This document shows, piece after piece, positions 18,041 through 26,671 of a DNA stretch of 64,000 bases. The notes below the pieces were generated by a model, which worked only from the letters and a program-made list of their open reading frames with translations, had not been told where the DNA came from and searched no databases. Position 1 is the first letter of the stretch, and each line of letters starts with the position of its first letter. The DNA comes from Pyrinomonadales bacterium (lineage in GTDB: Bacteria; Acidobacteriota; Blastocatellia; Pyrinomonadales; Pyrinomonadaceae): assembly GCA_038200355.1 (NCBI GenBank), contig JBBPXZ010000006.1, positions 9,954 through 73,953 on the forward strand. Reading direction: 5' to 3'. The position numbers and the translations under genes were made by a program.

Positions 18041-18143
18041 AGGACTTTCTCATTTTTGCAGAAGTCCGCACGATAGTTCGGCGCGATGATGATGAACAGA
18101 CACTTACTGACGTGCGTGTTTCCGCATTTTGAGAAAGTCCTGA
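18041..18143 (+). mobile_element. MITE-like / structured ~103-nt element, copy 2 (intergenic)
   Basis: It has the same termini and stems as 13346-13447. The flanks total 86 nt with 1 mismatch, and the core GATGATGATGAACAGAC contrasts with AACAGTGAAGCAACAC in copy 1. Confidence 0.75.
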
Positions 18144-18195
18144 GTGTATGTATGCGATAAAACGAGAATTGATTTTTCAACAATAGATTAACAGA

Positions 18196-18235
18196 GAAAA
18201 AGCGCAATTGACTAAAAATTCAATCGCGCTTTTTC
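18196..18235. terminator. intrinsic terminator after DUF1501 gene
   Basis: GAAAAAGCGCAATTGA-8 nt-TCAATCGCGCTTTTTC, with A/T runs on both sides. Confidence 0.75.
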
Positions 18236-18271
18236 CTGATTCAATTGTTTCCGGCGTCTCCGCAAACCGTT

Positions 18272-19750
18272 TTAAGGCTGCATAAAGCCGAGGTTACTGC
18301 TCGAAAAGTTTCCGAGGTTCGGGAAAACGAGCGGCATATCGGCTTCGGCGAGTCCATACCAGCGCGCCAGTGTCGCGGCGTATTGTTCGGCTGATGTGGT
18401 TGGAATCCAGCGCCCGCGCGCGTTTGCGCCGCTGTCGGCGTCGTCCGGTCCGTTCATCGCGAGAGTCGGAAAAGGCGTTCCGTTCGACGTGTTCGCGCCG
18501 TAGAAATCGCTGCCGGCAACCGCGCCGCCGATGACGAAAAGATGATTTGCCCACCCGTGGTCTGTGCCGACGCCCGCGCCCGAACCGGCGGGATTTAACG
18601 TGCGCGAGAAATCGGAAAGCGTAAAAGTCGTTACGTTATTGGAAACCCCCTGCGCGAGCATTTCGTCGTAAAAGGCGCGAACCGCCTGGCTGTATTGGGC
18701 GAGCAGCGTTCCCTGCCCGCTAATCTGGTTGTTGTGCGTGTCGAAACTGCCGACCTGCACATAAAAAATCTGACGGCTGACGCTCAAATCGGCGCGTTTT
18801 TTTATCAGCCTGGCAACCTGTTTTAATTGACTGCCGATGCTCGTCGTCGGAAAGGCGACGGTTACTTCCTGAAACGTCGCCAATGCCTGATTTGCCTGAA
18901 TCGCCTGGTCGGTGATATGGCTTGCCGCCTTGATGTAATCGGCGTTTAAATCCTGTGCGCGAAGTTCGTCGAAAGCCGCGAGACGGGCGCGTGAAGCGGT
19001 TGTCGTGTTAAATCCGGCGGGATTTAACACGTTGGTTAAAGATGTTCCGGCATTAGCGATTGCCAGCGGCAAAGTCGTCTGTCCGGCGGTAAAAAGCTGC
19101 GCGCCGTTTATCGACGTAATCATCGGAATCAGCCCGCCCGGATTATCGGAAAGCGTGCGCCGGTCGGAGATTCTGCCGCCCCAGCCGGTGAACGAAGGCG
19201 TGTCCGAACGTCCTGACTGATACTGCGCAACCTGGTCGGAATGCGAGAAAAGCTGAAACGGTTTGCGAATCGAATTGTTTTGATACTGCGCTCTGGTCAT
19301 CGGCGCGACGAGCGTTCCCGTGTTGGCGACGATTGCCATTTTGCCCTGCGCCCAAAGTTCGTGGATGCCGTTGTTCGTTCCGCCGGTTACAGCGCCGAAA
19401 TTCGGGTTCAGACCGTAAGTTAAATTGTTCATTCGCGGAACGGAAATCGGCAAAAGGGAATTTTGCGTGATTGCCAAGCCCTGCGAAGCGCGCGCGTTTG
19501 CGTAAGCTGTGTAGTTGCTGACGTTCACGTCCGCGTGATTCGGAATAACGGTATTGTTGCCGTCGTTTCCGCCCTGCATAAAAATACAAACCAGAGCGCG
19601 GTAATCGCCGGACGCATCGGGCGCGCTCGCGTCTTCGACTTTCTGCGCCATCGCGCTCATTAAACCGAAATGTTCAAACTGCGTGGCGAGCGCCGCCATT
19701 CCAAGCGCGCAAGTCGATTTGGTTAAAAATTCACGTCTCGATGTTGTCAT
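18272..19750 (-). CDS. Tat-exported DUF1501 family protein (sulfatase/alkaline-phosphatase-like fold)
   Basis: It has the twin-arginine signal MTTSRREFLTKS, typical DUF1501 blocks (CIFMQGGNDGNN, SFDTHNNQ, GTDHGW) and an AAGGAG RBS. Confidence 0.85.
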   Translation of the reverse strand: MTTSRREFLTKSTCALGMAALATQFEHFGLMSAMAQKVEDASAPDASGDYRALVCIFMQGGNDGNNTVIPNHADVNVSNYTAYANARASQGLAITQNSLLPISVPRMNNLTYGLNPNFGAVTGGTNNGIHELWAQGKMAIVANTGTLVAPMTRAQYQNNSIRKPFQLFSHSDQVAQYQSGRSDTPSFTGWGGRISDRRTLSDNPGGLIPMITSINGAQLFTAGQTTLPLAIANAGTSLTNVLNPAGFNTTTASRARLAAFDELRAQDLNADYIKAASHITDQAIQANQALATFQEVTVAFPTTSIGSQLKQVARLIKKRADLSVSRQIFYVQVGSFDTHNNQISGQGTLLAQYSQAVRAFYDEMLAQGVSNNVTTFTLSDFSRTLNPAGSGAGVGTDHGWANHLFVIGGAVAGSDFYGANTSNGTPFPTLAMNGPDDADSGANARGRWIPTTSAEQYAATLARWYGLAEADMPLVFPNLGNFSSSNLGFMQP

Positions 19751-19760
19751 ATCTCTCCTT

Positions 19761-19863
19761 AAGAGTTCTCAGAGTTCGTAGAGTTTGTAGAGTAAAGGAA
19801 TTCTTTCGACTCTACGAACTCTACGAACTTCACGAACTCCATAAACTCTATAAACTCTTAGAA
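19761..19863. repeat. 9-nt-periodic word hairpin inside the DUF1800-DUF1501 operon
   Basis: The left arm is AAGAGTTCT CAGAGTTCG TAGAGTTTG TAGAGTAAA. The right arm is ACTCTACGA x2, ACTTCACGA, ACTCCATAA, ACTCTATAA, ACTCTTAGA. It belongs to the same word family as 788-880. Confidence 0.8.
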
Positions 19864-22035
19864 CTATCTTTGCACTTGATACTGCGAAGAACTCGCCGTC
19901 AGATAAATTGCCGTCTTCGCGCGCGTTAAAGGGTCGGTTGCCGGAGTTGCCAGAACCGCCGTCAGAATCGTGTTTTTCATCTGCGCGGACATTGTGCCGT
20001 GCATCATTTTCGCGTTTAAGAAATCGAGCAGCTGATTGCCGGAAGCGTCGAGCGACGAGAGCGCCTGCGTTTCCGTAAAATCAATCGAAGTGCCGAACGG
20101 CGCGTTGGTCGAATTGCCGTTGACGCGGCTGAAGACGAACGTGTTTATAAAATTGGCGCGGGCGATTGCCGTTCCGGTTGTCATAATGCCGAATTCGGGA
20201 CCGTTTAACGCCGTTCCGGGAACTGTGTAATCGGGCGAATAATAATTGAAAACCGTCGGCGAGTTAAACGCGTTTTGTCCCATCGTCGCGACCTGCGGAT
20301 TGACGTAGCCGTCGCTGTCCGCCGCGCCGTCGGCTGAACGCACGTTGAATTGACGGAAAAGATTCGTCGCCAATTGAACCGGCTCGCGGAGCTTGCCGTA
20401 ATTCGGGTCGGTTTTAACGCTGCCGCGCGCTTCCGGGTCGAGCAGAATCGCCCGGACGACGGCTTTCAAATCGCCGCGCGCGTTTGAACCGTTGTTGTTG
20501 AAAACCGCGGCGACGCGTCCGACAAACGCGGGCGTCGGGTCGCTCGCAACCATCTGCTGAATCAAATAGCGGCTGACGAACGGCGCGACGTTCGGATGAT
20601 TGAAAATATTGTCGAGCGCCTGATTCATCTCGGTCGCGCCGCTTGTGTTCGCCGCGATTGTCGGGTTGACGGCGTTCGGATACGCGAGCAGAGTTTTAGC
20701 CGTAACGTCGTGATTGTTTTGGTTCAAAATCATCGGGTCTTTGTAATTCGGCGCGCCCAAAGTCGAATTCGGGCAGCCGGTGTTGCACAAAGTCCAGCCG
20801 GTAAAAACCTTCGTAAAATTATTAACCGTCGTCTGGTCGTAAGTCGGAATTGGGCTGCCGTTTTGGTCGCGCTGCAAAGTTCCATCTTGATTGAGCATAA
20901 AAAGTCCGACCGAAAAAAGCTGCAAAATCTCGCGCGCGTAGTTTTCGTTCGGGTTGTTTTTCGTGCTGCGAACCATATCGAGATAATTGCCCATCGCCGG
21001 ATTGAGCGTGATGTCAGTCATCAAGTTGCGGTAATTGCCGAACGCGTTCTGCGACAATTTCCGGTGATAGGCAACCATATAACTCGACTGCTGCGTATCG
21101 ACGCCGGAGACGACCCACAATTGGCTCAGCGCCCACGCGACGCGGTGTTTTAACTGCGCGTCGCCGTAAAACGCTTCCTTGTAAAACCAGTTCTGCATTC
21201 CATACATCGTGTAATGGTCGCGCTGGCAGTTGACGGGAATATTGTTTTGACAATCGGTGGAAACGTTCGACGGCATCAGCGGCAGATTCGGGTAAGGATA
21301 AGTCGGATACGCGGCTTCAAATTGTTCGTCGAGCCAGCCGCGCAAACCAGAGCGCCGGATTTTCAATTCCAGTTTCCGACTCGGACCGAAAGTCGCCTGT
21401 TCCATAAATCGAACGCGGTCGCCCGCGTGCGTATACTCTGCAAAATTCCGCTCCGGCGCGTTTGCGGCTTTTTTGGCGTCTGTGTTTGCCGAAGCCGCGA
21501 GCATCGTCTCGGCGTCGTCTTTGATATTTCCGCCGATTTTGCCGATTCCCAGTCTTAAACGTTTGCTCGTCATTCCGCGCCAGGCGACACTGACCAAAAC
21601 GTCGCCGTCGAAAATCGTGTTTTCCCAGAATCCGGTTTCGTCGGTCAACCGGACAATCAGCGCGTAGACGCCCGTTTGATTTTGCAGCGGTTCGATTTTC
21701 AGAACCGGAAAGCGATACCGCCTGCCCGTTTCGTCTTCGGCGGAGACACGAAAAGCGCTTGCGTCTTCACCGGGCATCAGCGAAACGCCGGTTACGAAAA
21801 GCAAAATTTTTGAACCGGCGGGAAACGCGCGATTTCTGATTTTTGTCAGCCTGACGCGTTCCGGGTTATTTGCCGAAACAGCCAGAGCGCGGGTCGGATT
21901 CGGCTGGCTTAATAAAACCGGCGACGGTGAGTCGGTGTCTGAATCATCCTGCGCCGAAACCGAAAACGCGAGCAGAAAAAACACGAATCCGATGCTTAAA
22001 ATGTGCCGTAAGAAGCGCTCTCTCTGGCTTTTCAT
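19864..22035 (-). CDS. DUF1800 family protein with signal peptide and extra ~190-aa N-terminal Ig-like region
   Basis: 723 aa with the C-terminal ~500 aa colinear with DUF1800. It is followed by DUF1501, which is the canonical pairing. Confidence 0.8.
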   Translation of the reverse strand: MKSQRERFLRHILSIGFVFFLLAFSVSAQDDSDTDSPSPVLLSQPNPTRALAVSANNPERVRLTKIRNRAFPAGSKILLFVTGVSLMPGEDASAFRVSAEDETGRRYRFPVLKIEPLQNQTGVYALIVRLTDETGFWENTIFDGDVLVSVAWRGMTSKRLRLGIGKIGGNIKDDAETMLAASANTDAKKAANAPERNFAEYTHAGDRVRFMEQATFGPSRKLELKIRRSGLRGWLDEQFEAAYPTYPYPNLPLMPSNVSTDCQNNIPVNCQRDHYTMYGMQNWFYKEAFYGDAQLKHRVAWALSQLWVVSGVDTQQSSYMVAYHRKLSQNAFGNYRNLMTDITLNPAMGNYLDMVRSTKNNPNENYAREILQLFSVGLFMLNQDGTLQRDQNGSPIPTYDQTTVNNFTKVFTGWTLCNTGCPNSTLGAPNYKDPMILNQNNHDVTAKTLLAYPNAVNPTIAANTSGATEMNQALDNIFNHPNVAPFVSRYLIQQMVASDPTPAFVGRVAAVFNNNGSNARGDLKAVVRAILLDPEARGSVKTDPNYGKLREPVQLATNLFRQFNVRSADGAADSDGYVNPQVATMGQNAFNSPTVFNYYSPDYTVPGTALNGPEFGIMTTGTAIARANFINTFVFSRVNGNSTNAPFGTSIDFTETQALSSLDASGNQLLDFLNAKMMHGTMSAQMKNTILTAVLATPATDPLTRAKTAIYLTASSSQYQVQR

Positions 22036-22088
22036 ACGCTTATCTCCTGATTATTGCCTGATTAAAATTCGTTTGTCGGAAAGGAATG

Positions 22089-22120
22089 TGATTAACGGAA
22101 GTTTTAAAAACCGTTAATCA
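22089..22120. promoter_or_regulatory. 10-bp perfect inverted repeat (possible operator or 5'-UTR hairpin) upstream of the DUF1800 operon
   Basis: TGATTAACGG-12 nt-CCGTTAATCA lies 54-85 nt upstream of the DUF1800 start, in an AT-rich spacer. Confidence 0.3.
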
Positions 22121-22330
22121 TTGTTATCTTTTTATTTTACAGATTGTTACACGGAATATACAACCTGTTCACCGAAATAAAATACGAATTATGTTTTCGT
22201 CGATGAAAAATGATAAAAATTCAGCAGGCTTTCCGAGTTAGACGCGGGCAGGTGATATTTAGACGAAAAAATGTCAGGATTTATAAATTTAATTTTCAAA
22301 ACCAGTGAAATTTATAAAAATTAAACCGTT

Positions 22331-23221
22331 ATGCCGAAATCGTTATTTCTGGAAACTTCGCCGGGCTTCAGCTTTCGCCGCACGATTTTCAGTCACGGCT
22401 GGTGCGAGCTTTTGCCGTTTGAATTAGACCGCGAAAACTGGCGGCTGAGCTGTGTTTTCAGCGGCGCGGGCGTTGAAAGTCCGGCTGCGGCGACGATGAG
22501 CGACGCGGGCGGACAGGTAGAAATTCAAATCGACGGCGGCAAAATAAACCAGGAAACCGGAGAAAAAATTCTGCGCGACGCGCGGCACGTTCTGCGGCTC
22601 GACGACGATTTAAACGAATTTTACGAATTAACCCGAACCGAAAATCGTCTCGAATGGATTGCAGAGACGAACGCGGGCAGAATGCTGCGTTCGCCGAACG
22701 TTTTTGAAGATTTGGTCAAAACCATCTGCACGACTAATTGTTCGTGGGCTTTGACGAAAAAGATGACGGCGAATCTGGTCGAAAAACTCGGCGCGATTAG
22801 CGAAAACGGCAGGCGCGCCTTTCCGACAAGCGAAGCGATGGCGAGCGTTCCAATCGAATTTTACAGGGACGAGATGCGCGCCGGTTATCGCGCCGCTTTT
22901 TTTGCGGAATTAGCCGAAAAAGTCGCGGGCGGCGAAATAAATCCCGAATCGTGGCTTGCGTCCGATTTGCCGACAGGAGAACTGAAACGGGAAATGAAGC
23001 AAATAAAAGGCGTCGGCGAATACGCGGCGGACAATCTTTTAAAGCTCGTCGGGCGCTACGACGGTCTGGCGCTCGATTCGTGGCTGCGCTCGCAGTTTTA
23101 CAAAAGACACAACGGCGGAAGCGTCTGCCCGGACAGGGAAATCGAACGATTCTACGAGCCGTTCGGCGCGTGGCGCGGGCTTGTGATGTGGTGCGATATG
23201 ACTGAGAAATGGTTTGTTTAA
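22331..23221 (+). CDS. HhH-GPD DNA glycosylase (AlkA / 3-methyladenine glycosylase II-like)
   Basis: It has an AlkA_N-like N-terminus, the helix-hairpin-helix IKGVGEYAADNLL and a catalytic Asp context LALDSW. Confidence 0.75.
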   Translation: MPKSLFLETSPGFSFRRTIFSHGWCELLPFELDRENWRLSCVFSGAGVESPAAATMSDAGGQVEIQIDGGKINQETGEKILRDARHVLRLDDDLNEFYELTRTENRLEWIAETNAGRMLRSPNVFEDLVKTICTTNCSWALTKKMTANLVEKLGAISENGRRAFPTSEAMASVPIEFYRDEMRAGYRAAFFAELAEKVAGGEINPESWLASDLPTGELKREMKQIKGVGEYAADNLLKLVGRYDGLALDSWLRSQFYKRHNGGSVCPDREIERFYEPFGAWRGLVMWCDMTEKWFV

Positions 23222-23296
23222 TCGGCGGCGAACGGTGAATGGTAAAAGTTATTTTCATCTTTGCCGTCTGCCGTTATTCGAGGTTTTTCAAAACTC

Positions 23297-23312
23297 TGGC
23301 ACGTTTCTTGCA
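23297..23312 (+). promoter_or_regulatory. sigma54 (-24/-12) promoter
   Basis: TGGCACGTTTCTTGCA matches the TGGCACG-N4-TTGCW consensus exactly. It lies 73 nt upstream of ATG 23385. Confidence 0.65.
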
Positions 23313-23384
23313 ACCTGAAAAATCGGCGAATTCACGCCGACAAACTGATATTTATAATTCTTAAAAGAGGAGAACAAAGTAAAA

Positions 23385-23846
23385 ATGAGAAATAGTTTAT
23401 TGAAAACATTTGCCGGTTTTATGGCGCTGTTTATTGTTTTGGCGTTTGTCGAAAGCGCCAGCGCACAGAACCGCCGCGTGCGTTACGTTTCAAAACAACA
23501 GGTGGAAAATCTGCTCGAAAGAATCGAAGAGCGGAGCGACCATTTTTCAAACCAGCTGAATAAATCTCTGGACAGAAGCCGTATTAACGGCAGCCGAGCC
23601 GAAGATAATATTACGGTTCGCGCCCGTGATTTGGAAAACGCGACCGACGAGCTGCGCCGCGAATACGACCACCGCGATTCGCACGCGGAAAATTCGCCGG
23701 AAGTCCGACGAGTCTTCACTACTGCCCGCGCCGTCAATCGTATAATGGTCAGACGAAAATTCAGTCGTCAAGCCGAACAGTCGTGGGTCAGGCTGCGCGG
23801 CGAGATAAACGCTTTAGCCAGACTTTTCAGAGCCGGCGCGATTTAA
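23385..23846 (+). CDS. small secreted helical protein of unknown function
   Basis: It has a GAGGAG RBS and a signal peptide (..FVESASAQ). It is charged and helical, and a strong terminator follows. Confidence 0.7.
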   Translation: MRNSLLKTFAGFMALFIVLAFVESASAQNRRVRYVSKQQVENLLERIEERSDHFSNQLNKSLDRSRINGSRAEDNITVRARDLENATDELRREYDHRDSHAENSPEVRRVFTTARAVNRIMVRRKFSRQAEQSWVRLRGEINALARLFRAGAI

Positions 23847-23872
23847 TCCGCTTCGGTTAGTTAATGAAAAAA

Positions 23873-23906
23873 GGGACGGAAAAAATTCCGTCCCTTTTTC
23901 TTTTTT
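23873..23906 (+). terminator. intrinsic terminator
   Basis: GGGACGGA-aaaaat-TCCGTCCC is followed by TTTTTCTTTTTT. Confidence 0.9.
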
Positions 23907-23981
23907 AAATTTTCTAATTGTCAGTCTCGGCTTATTAAATCGGTCTTTGCCCTTTTTGGTGTTTTTACCTAACATATTGGT

Positions 23982-26420
23982 ATGGATGAAATTGAAGATT
24001 TTTCCGGGAAATTGGGCGAAGCCGAATTCGGCGACACTCAAATGCAGATTCCGCACGAACTGCCCGTTCTGCCTCTGCGCGACATCGTGATTTACCCGTT
24101 TATGATTGTGCCGCTCTTTGTTTCGCGCGACCGCTCGATAAAAGCGGTTGACGAAGCATTGAGCCAGAATCGAATGATTCTGCTCGTCTCGCAGAAAGAT
24201 GTCGATAAGGAAGAACCGACCAAAGAAGACTTATATAAAGTTGGAACGGTCGCCGTCATTATGCGGATGCTGAAACTGCCCGACGGACGAATTCGCATTT
24301 TGATTCAGGGACTTTCGCGCGCCGCCGTCGAATCGGTCGCCTCCGGCAGCGATTACGTCAAAGCGACGATTACGCCAGTTACCGAACCGGACGCGCCCGC
24401 CAGTTCCCTCGAAGTCGAAGCGCTTATCCGCAATGTCCGCGCCCTTATGGAACGCGCCGCGAATTTGGGGAAAAACATCTCGCCGGAAGTTTTGGCGATT
24501 ATCGCCAATCTGGACGACGCCGGCAGATTGGCTGATTTGTCCGCTTCAAATCTGGAATTAAAAGTCGAAGACGGGCAATCGGTTCTCGATATTTTCGACC
24601 CCGTTCAGCGTCTGCGCCGCGTCAACGACCTTTTGAGCAAAGAAATCGACGTTCTGACGGTTCAGCAGGAAATCAACACGCAGGCGCGCGGCGAAATCGA
24701 CCGCTCGCAGCGCGAATATTTTCTGCGCCAGCAGCTCAAAGCCATTCAGGGCGAACTCGGCGAAGGCAACGAGCTTTTCGAGGAAATCGAACAATACCGC
24801 GATAAAATTCTGAAAGCGAAAATGCCGCAGACGGCGGAAGAAGAATCTTTGCGGCAGCTGAAAAAGCTCGAAAGAATGCACCCCGACACGGCGGAAACCG
24901 CGACTTTGAGAAACTGGCTCGACATAATGACTGAGCTGCCGTGGTCGAACGCTTCAAAAGATAATCTCGTCCTGAAAAAAGCCGAAAAGATTTTAGACGA
25001 AGACCATTACGGCTTGGAGCGCGTTAAAGAAAGAATTATCGAAGCGCTCGCCGTCCGCAAATTAAAGGAAAAACCGAAAGGCTCGATTTTATGTCTCGTC
25101 GGACCGCCGGGAGTCGGTAAAACTTCGCTCGGTCGTTCGATTGCGCGGGCGTTAAATCGAAAATTCATTCGTCTTTCTCTCGGCGGTCTGCACGACGAAG
25201 CCGAAATTCGCGGTCATCGCCGCACATACGTCGGCGCGATGCCCGGCAGAATTATTCAGGCTGTTCAGCAGGCGGCGACCAATAATCCGCTGATTATGCT
25301 CGACGAAATCGATAAAGTCGGCGCGGATTTTCGCGGCGACCCGTCGTCGGCTCTATTGGAAGTTTTAGACCCGGAACAAAATTCGACTTTCCGCGACAAC
25401 TATCTCGGCGTTACGTTCGATTTATCGAATGTAATGTTTATGACGACGGCGAATGTTCTGGACACGATTCAACCGGCGCTGCGCGACCGTATGGAAATTA
25501 TTTTTCTGTCCGGCTACACCGAAGAAGAAAAAATGGAAATCGCACGCCGTCATCTTGTTCCGAAACAAGTTGAAGAAAACGGACTCGATAAGAACGATAT
25601 AAAGTTTGAACGCGCCGCTATCAAAAGCATCGTCGGGCAATACACGCAGGAAGCCGGACTGCGCCAGTTAGAGCGGGAAATCGGCAAAGTCTGCCGCAAG
25701 GTTGCGCGCCGAAAAGCCGAAGCCGAAAGCCAATTCGAGCCGGTTAAAGTTACCGCGCAAAACGTCAAAGATTTCCTGCGCGCGCCGAAGATTTTCCCGG
25801 AAGAAGCGCTCAAAAAAGACGAAATCGGAACGGTTACGGGTTTGGCGTGGACGGCGGTCGGCGGCGATATTTTATTTATCGAAGCCTTGAAAACAAAGGG
25901 AAAAGGCAAGTTATTATTGACCGGACAGCTCGGCGAAGTGATGCAGGAATCGGCGCAGGCGGCGTTTTCCTACGCCAAATCGAAAGCGTCGGAACTCGGC
26001 ATCGACGAAGAAGATTTCGAGAAATACGACATTCACATTCATCTGCCCGAAGGCGCGATTCCGAAAGACGGACCGTCGGCGGGCATTACGATGGCGACGG
26101 CGATGGTTTCTGTTTTATCGCGCCGCCCGGTTCGCAAAGACGTGGCGATGACCGGCGAAATCACTTTAAGAGGCAACGTCCTTCCAATCGGCGGAGTCAA
26201 AGAAAAGATGCTGGCGGCACGTCGGGCGCATATAAAAACAGTAATTCTGCCCGCGCCGAATGAACGTGATTTAGAAGACCTTCCTCAGGAAGTTCGGGAC
26301 GATTTGACATTTATATTTGTAGAGAACGTGCGCGAGGTTTTCCGCGAAGCGCTCCTGGAGAAAACAGCGCCGGAAAAAGCGAAAAAAGATTTGCCTGAAA
26401 ACGTCGCCGCAGTCAGTTGA
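23982..26420 (+). CDS. lon: ATP-dependent Lon protease (LonA)
   Basis: It has a LON N-domain, Walker A GPPGVGKTS, Walker B IMLDEIDK and the protease Ser context PKDGPSAGITMATA. Confidence 0.96.
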   Translation: MDEIEDFSGKLGEAEFGDTQMQIPHELPVLPLRDIVIYPFMIVPLFVSRDRSIKAVDEALSQNRMILLVSQKDVDKEEPTKEDLYKVGTVAVIMRMLKLPDGRIRILIQGLSRAAVESVASGSDYVKATITPVTEPDAPASSLEVEALIRNVRALMERAANLGKNISPEVLAIIANLDDAGRLADLSASNLELKVEDGQSVLDIFDPVQRLRRVNDLLSKEIDVLTVQQEINTQARGEIDRSQREYFLRQQLKAIQGELGEGNELFEEIEQYRDKILKAKMPQTAEEESLRQLKKLERMHPDTAETATLRNWLDIMTELPWSNASKDNLVLKKAEKILDEDHYGLERVKERIIEALAVRKLKEKPKGSILCLVGPPGVGKTSLGRSIARALNRKFIRLSLGGLHDEAEIRGHRRTYVGAMPGRIIQAVQQAATNNPLIMLDEIDKVGADFRGDPSSALLEVLDPEQNSTFRDNYLGVTFDLSNVMFMTTANVLDTIQPALRDRMEIIFLSGYTEEEKMEIARRHLVPKQVEENGLDKNDIKFERAAIKSIVGQYTQEAGLRQLEREIGKVCRKVARRKAEAESQFEPVKVTAQNVKDFLRAPKIFPEEALKKDEIGTVTGLAWTAVGGDILFIEALKTKGKGKLLLTGQLGEVMQESAQAAFSYAKSKASELGIDEEDFEKYDIHIHLPEGAIPKDGPSAGITMATAMVSVLSRRPVRKDVAMTGEITLRGNVLPIGGVKEKMLAARRAHIKTVILPAPNERDLEDLPQEVRDDLTFIFVENVREVFREALLEKTAPEKAKKDLPENVAAVS

Positions 26421-26671
26421 TAAAGTCGGCAAATTCGTTTCCGATGCATAAGGAAAACACGATTGTATCAGTATTTTTGATGCGTTGACAGCGTGTTTGG
26501 CGTGTGATAACTTTGGGAAGTTCAAAAACAGTCCTTAAATATAACAAGCGACAATTAAAGAAACTTTTCCGCTATCCTCGGCGTTGAATTAACAACATCG
26601 AACGCGAATTTCGGGTCGTTTCACTGATTCGCCCTAACCCCGAAAAAACTATAGGAGTATAGACGAGCCTG

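Noticed and set aside
26421-26671. The 250-nt lon/transglycosylase spacer as a possible ncRNA gene. It contains a TTGACA-N17-TAACTT promoter-like site and a TTCGGG...CCCGAAAAAA pairing.
   Set aside because: I could not recognise any known RNA family (tmRNA, 6S, RNase P, SRP, riboswitch) by eye. The stem is weak, and the region most simply holds the promoter and 5' UTR of the downstream gene.
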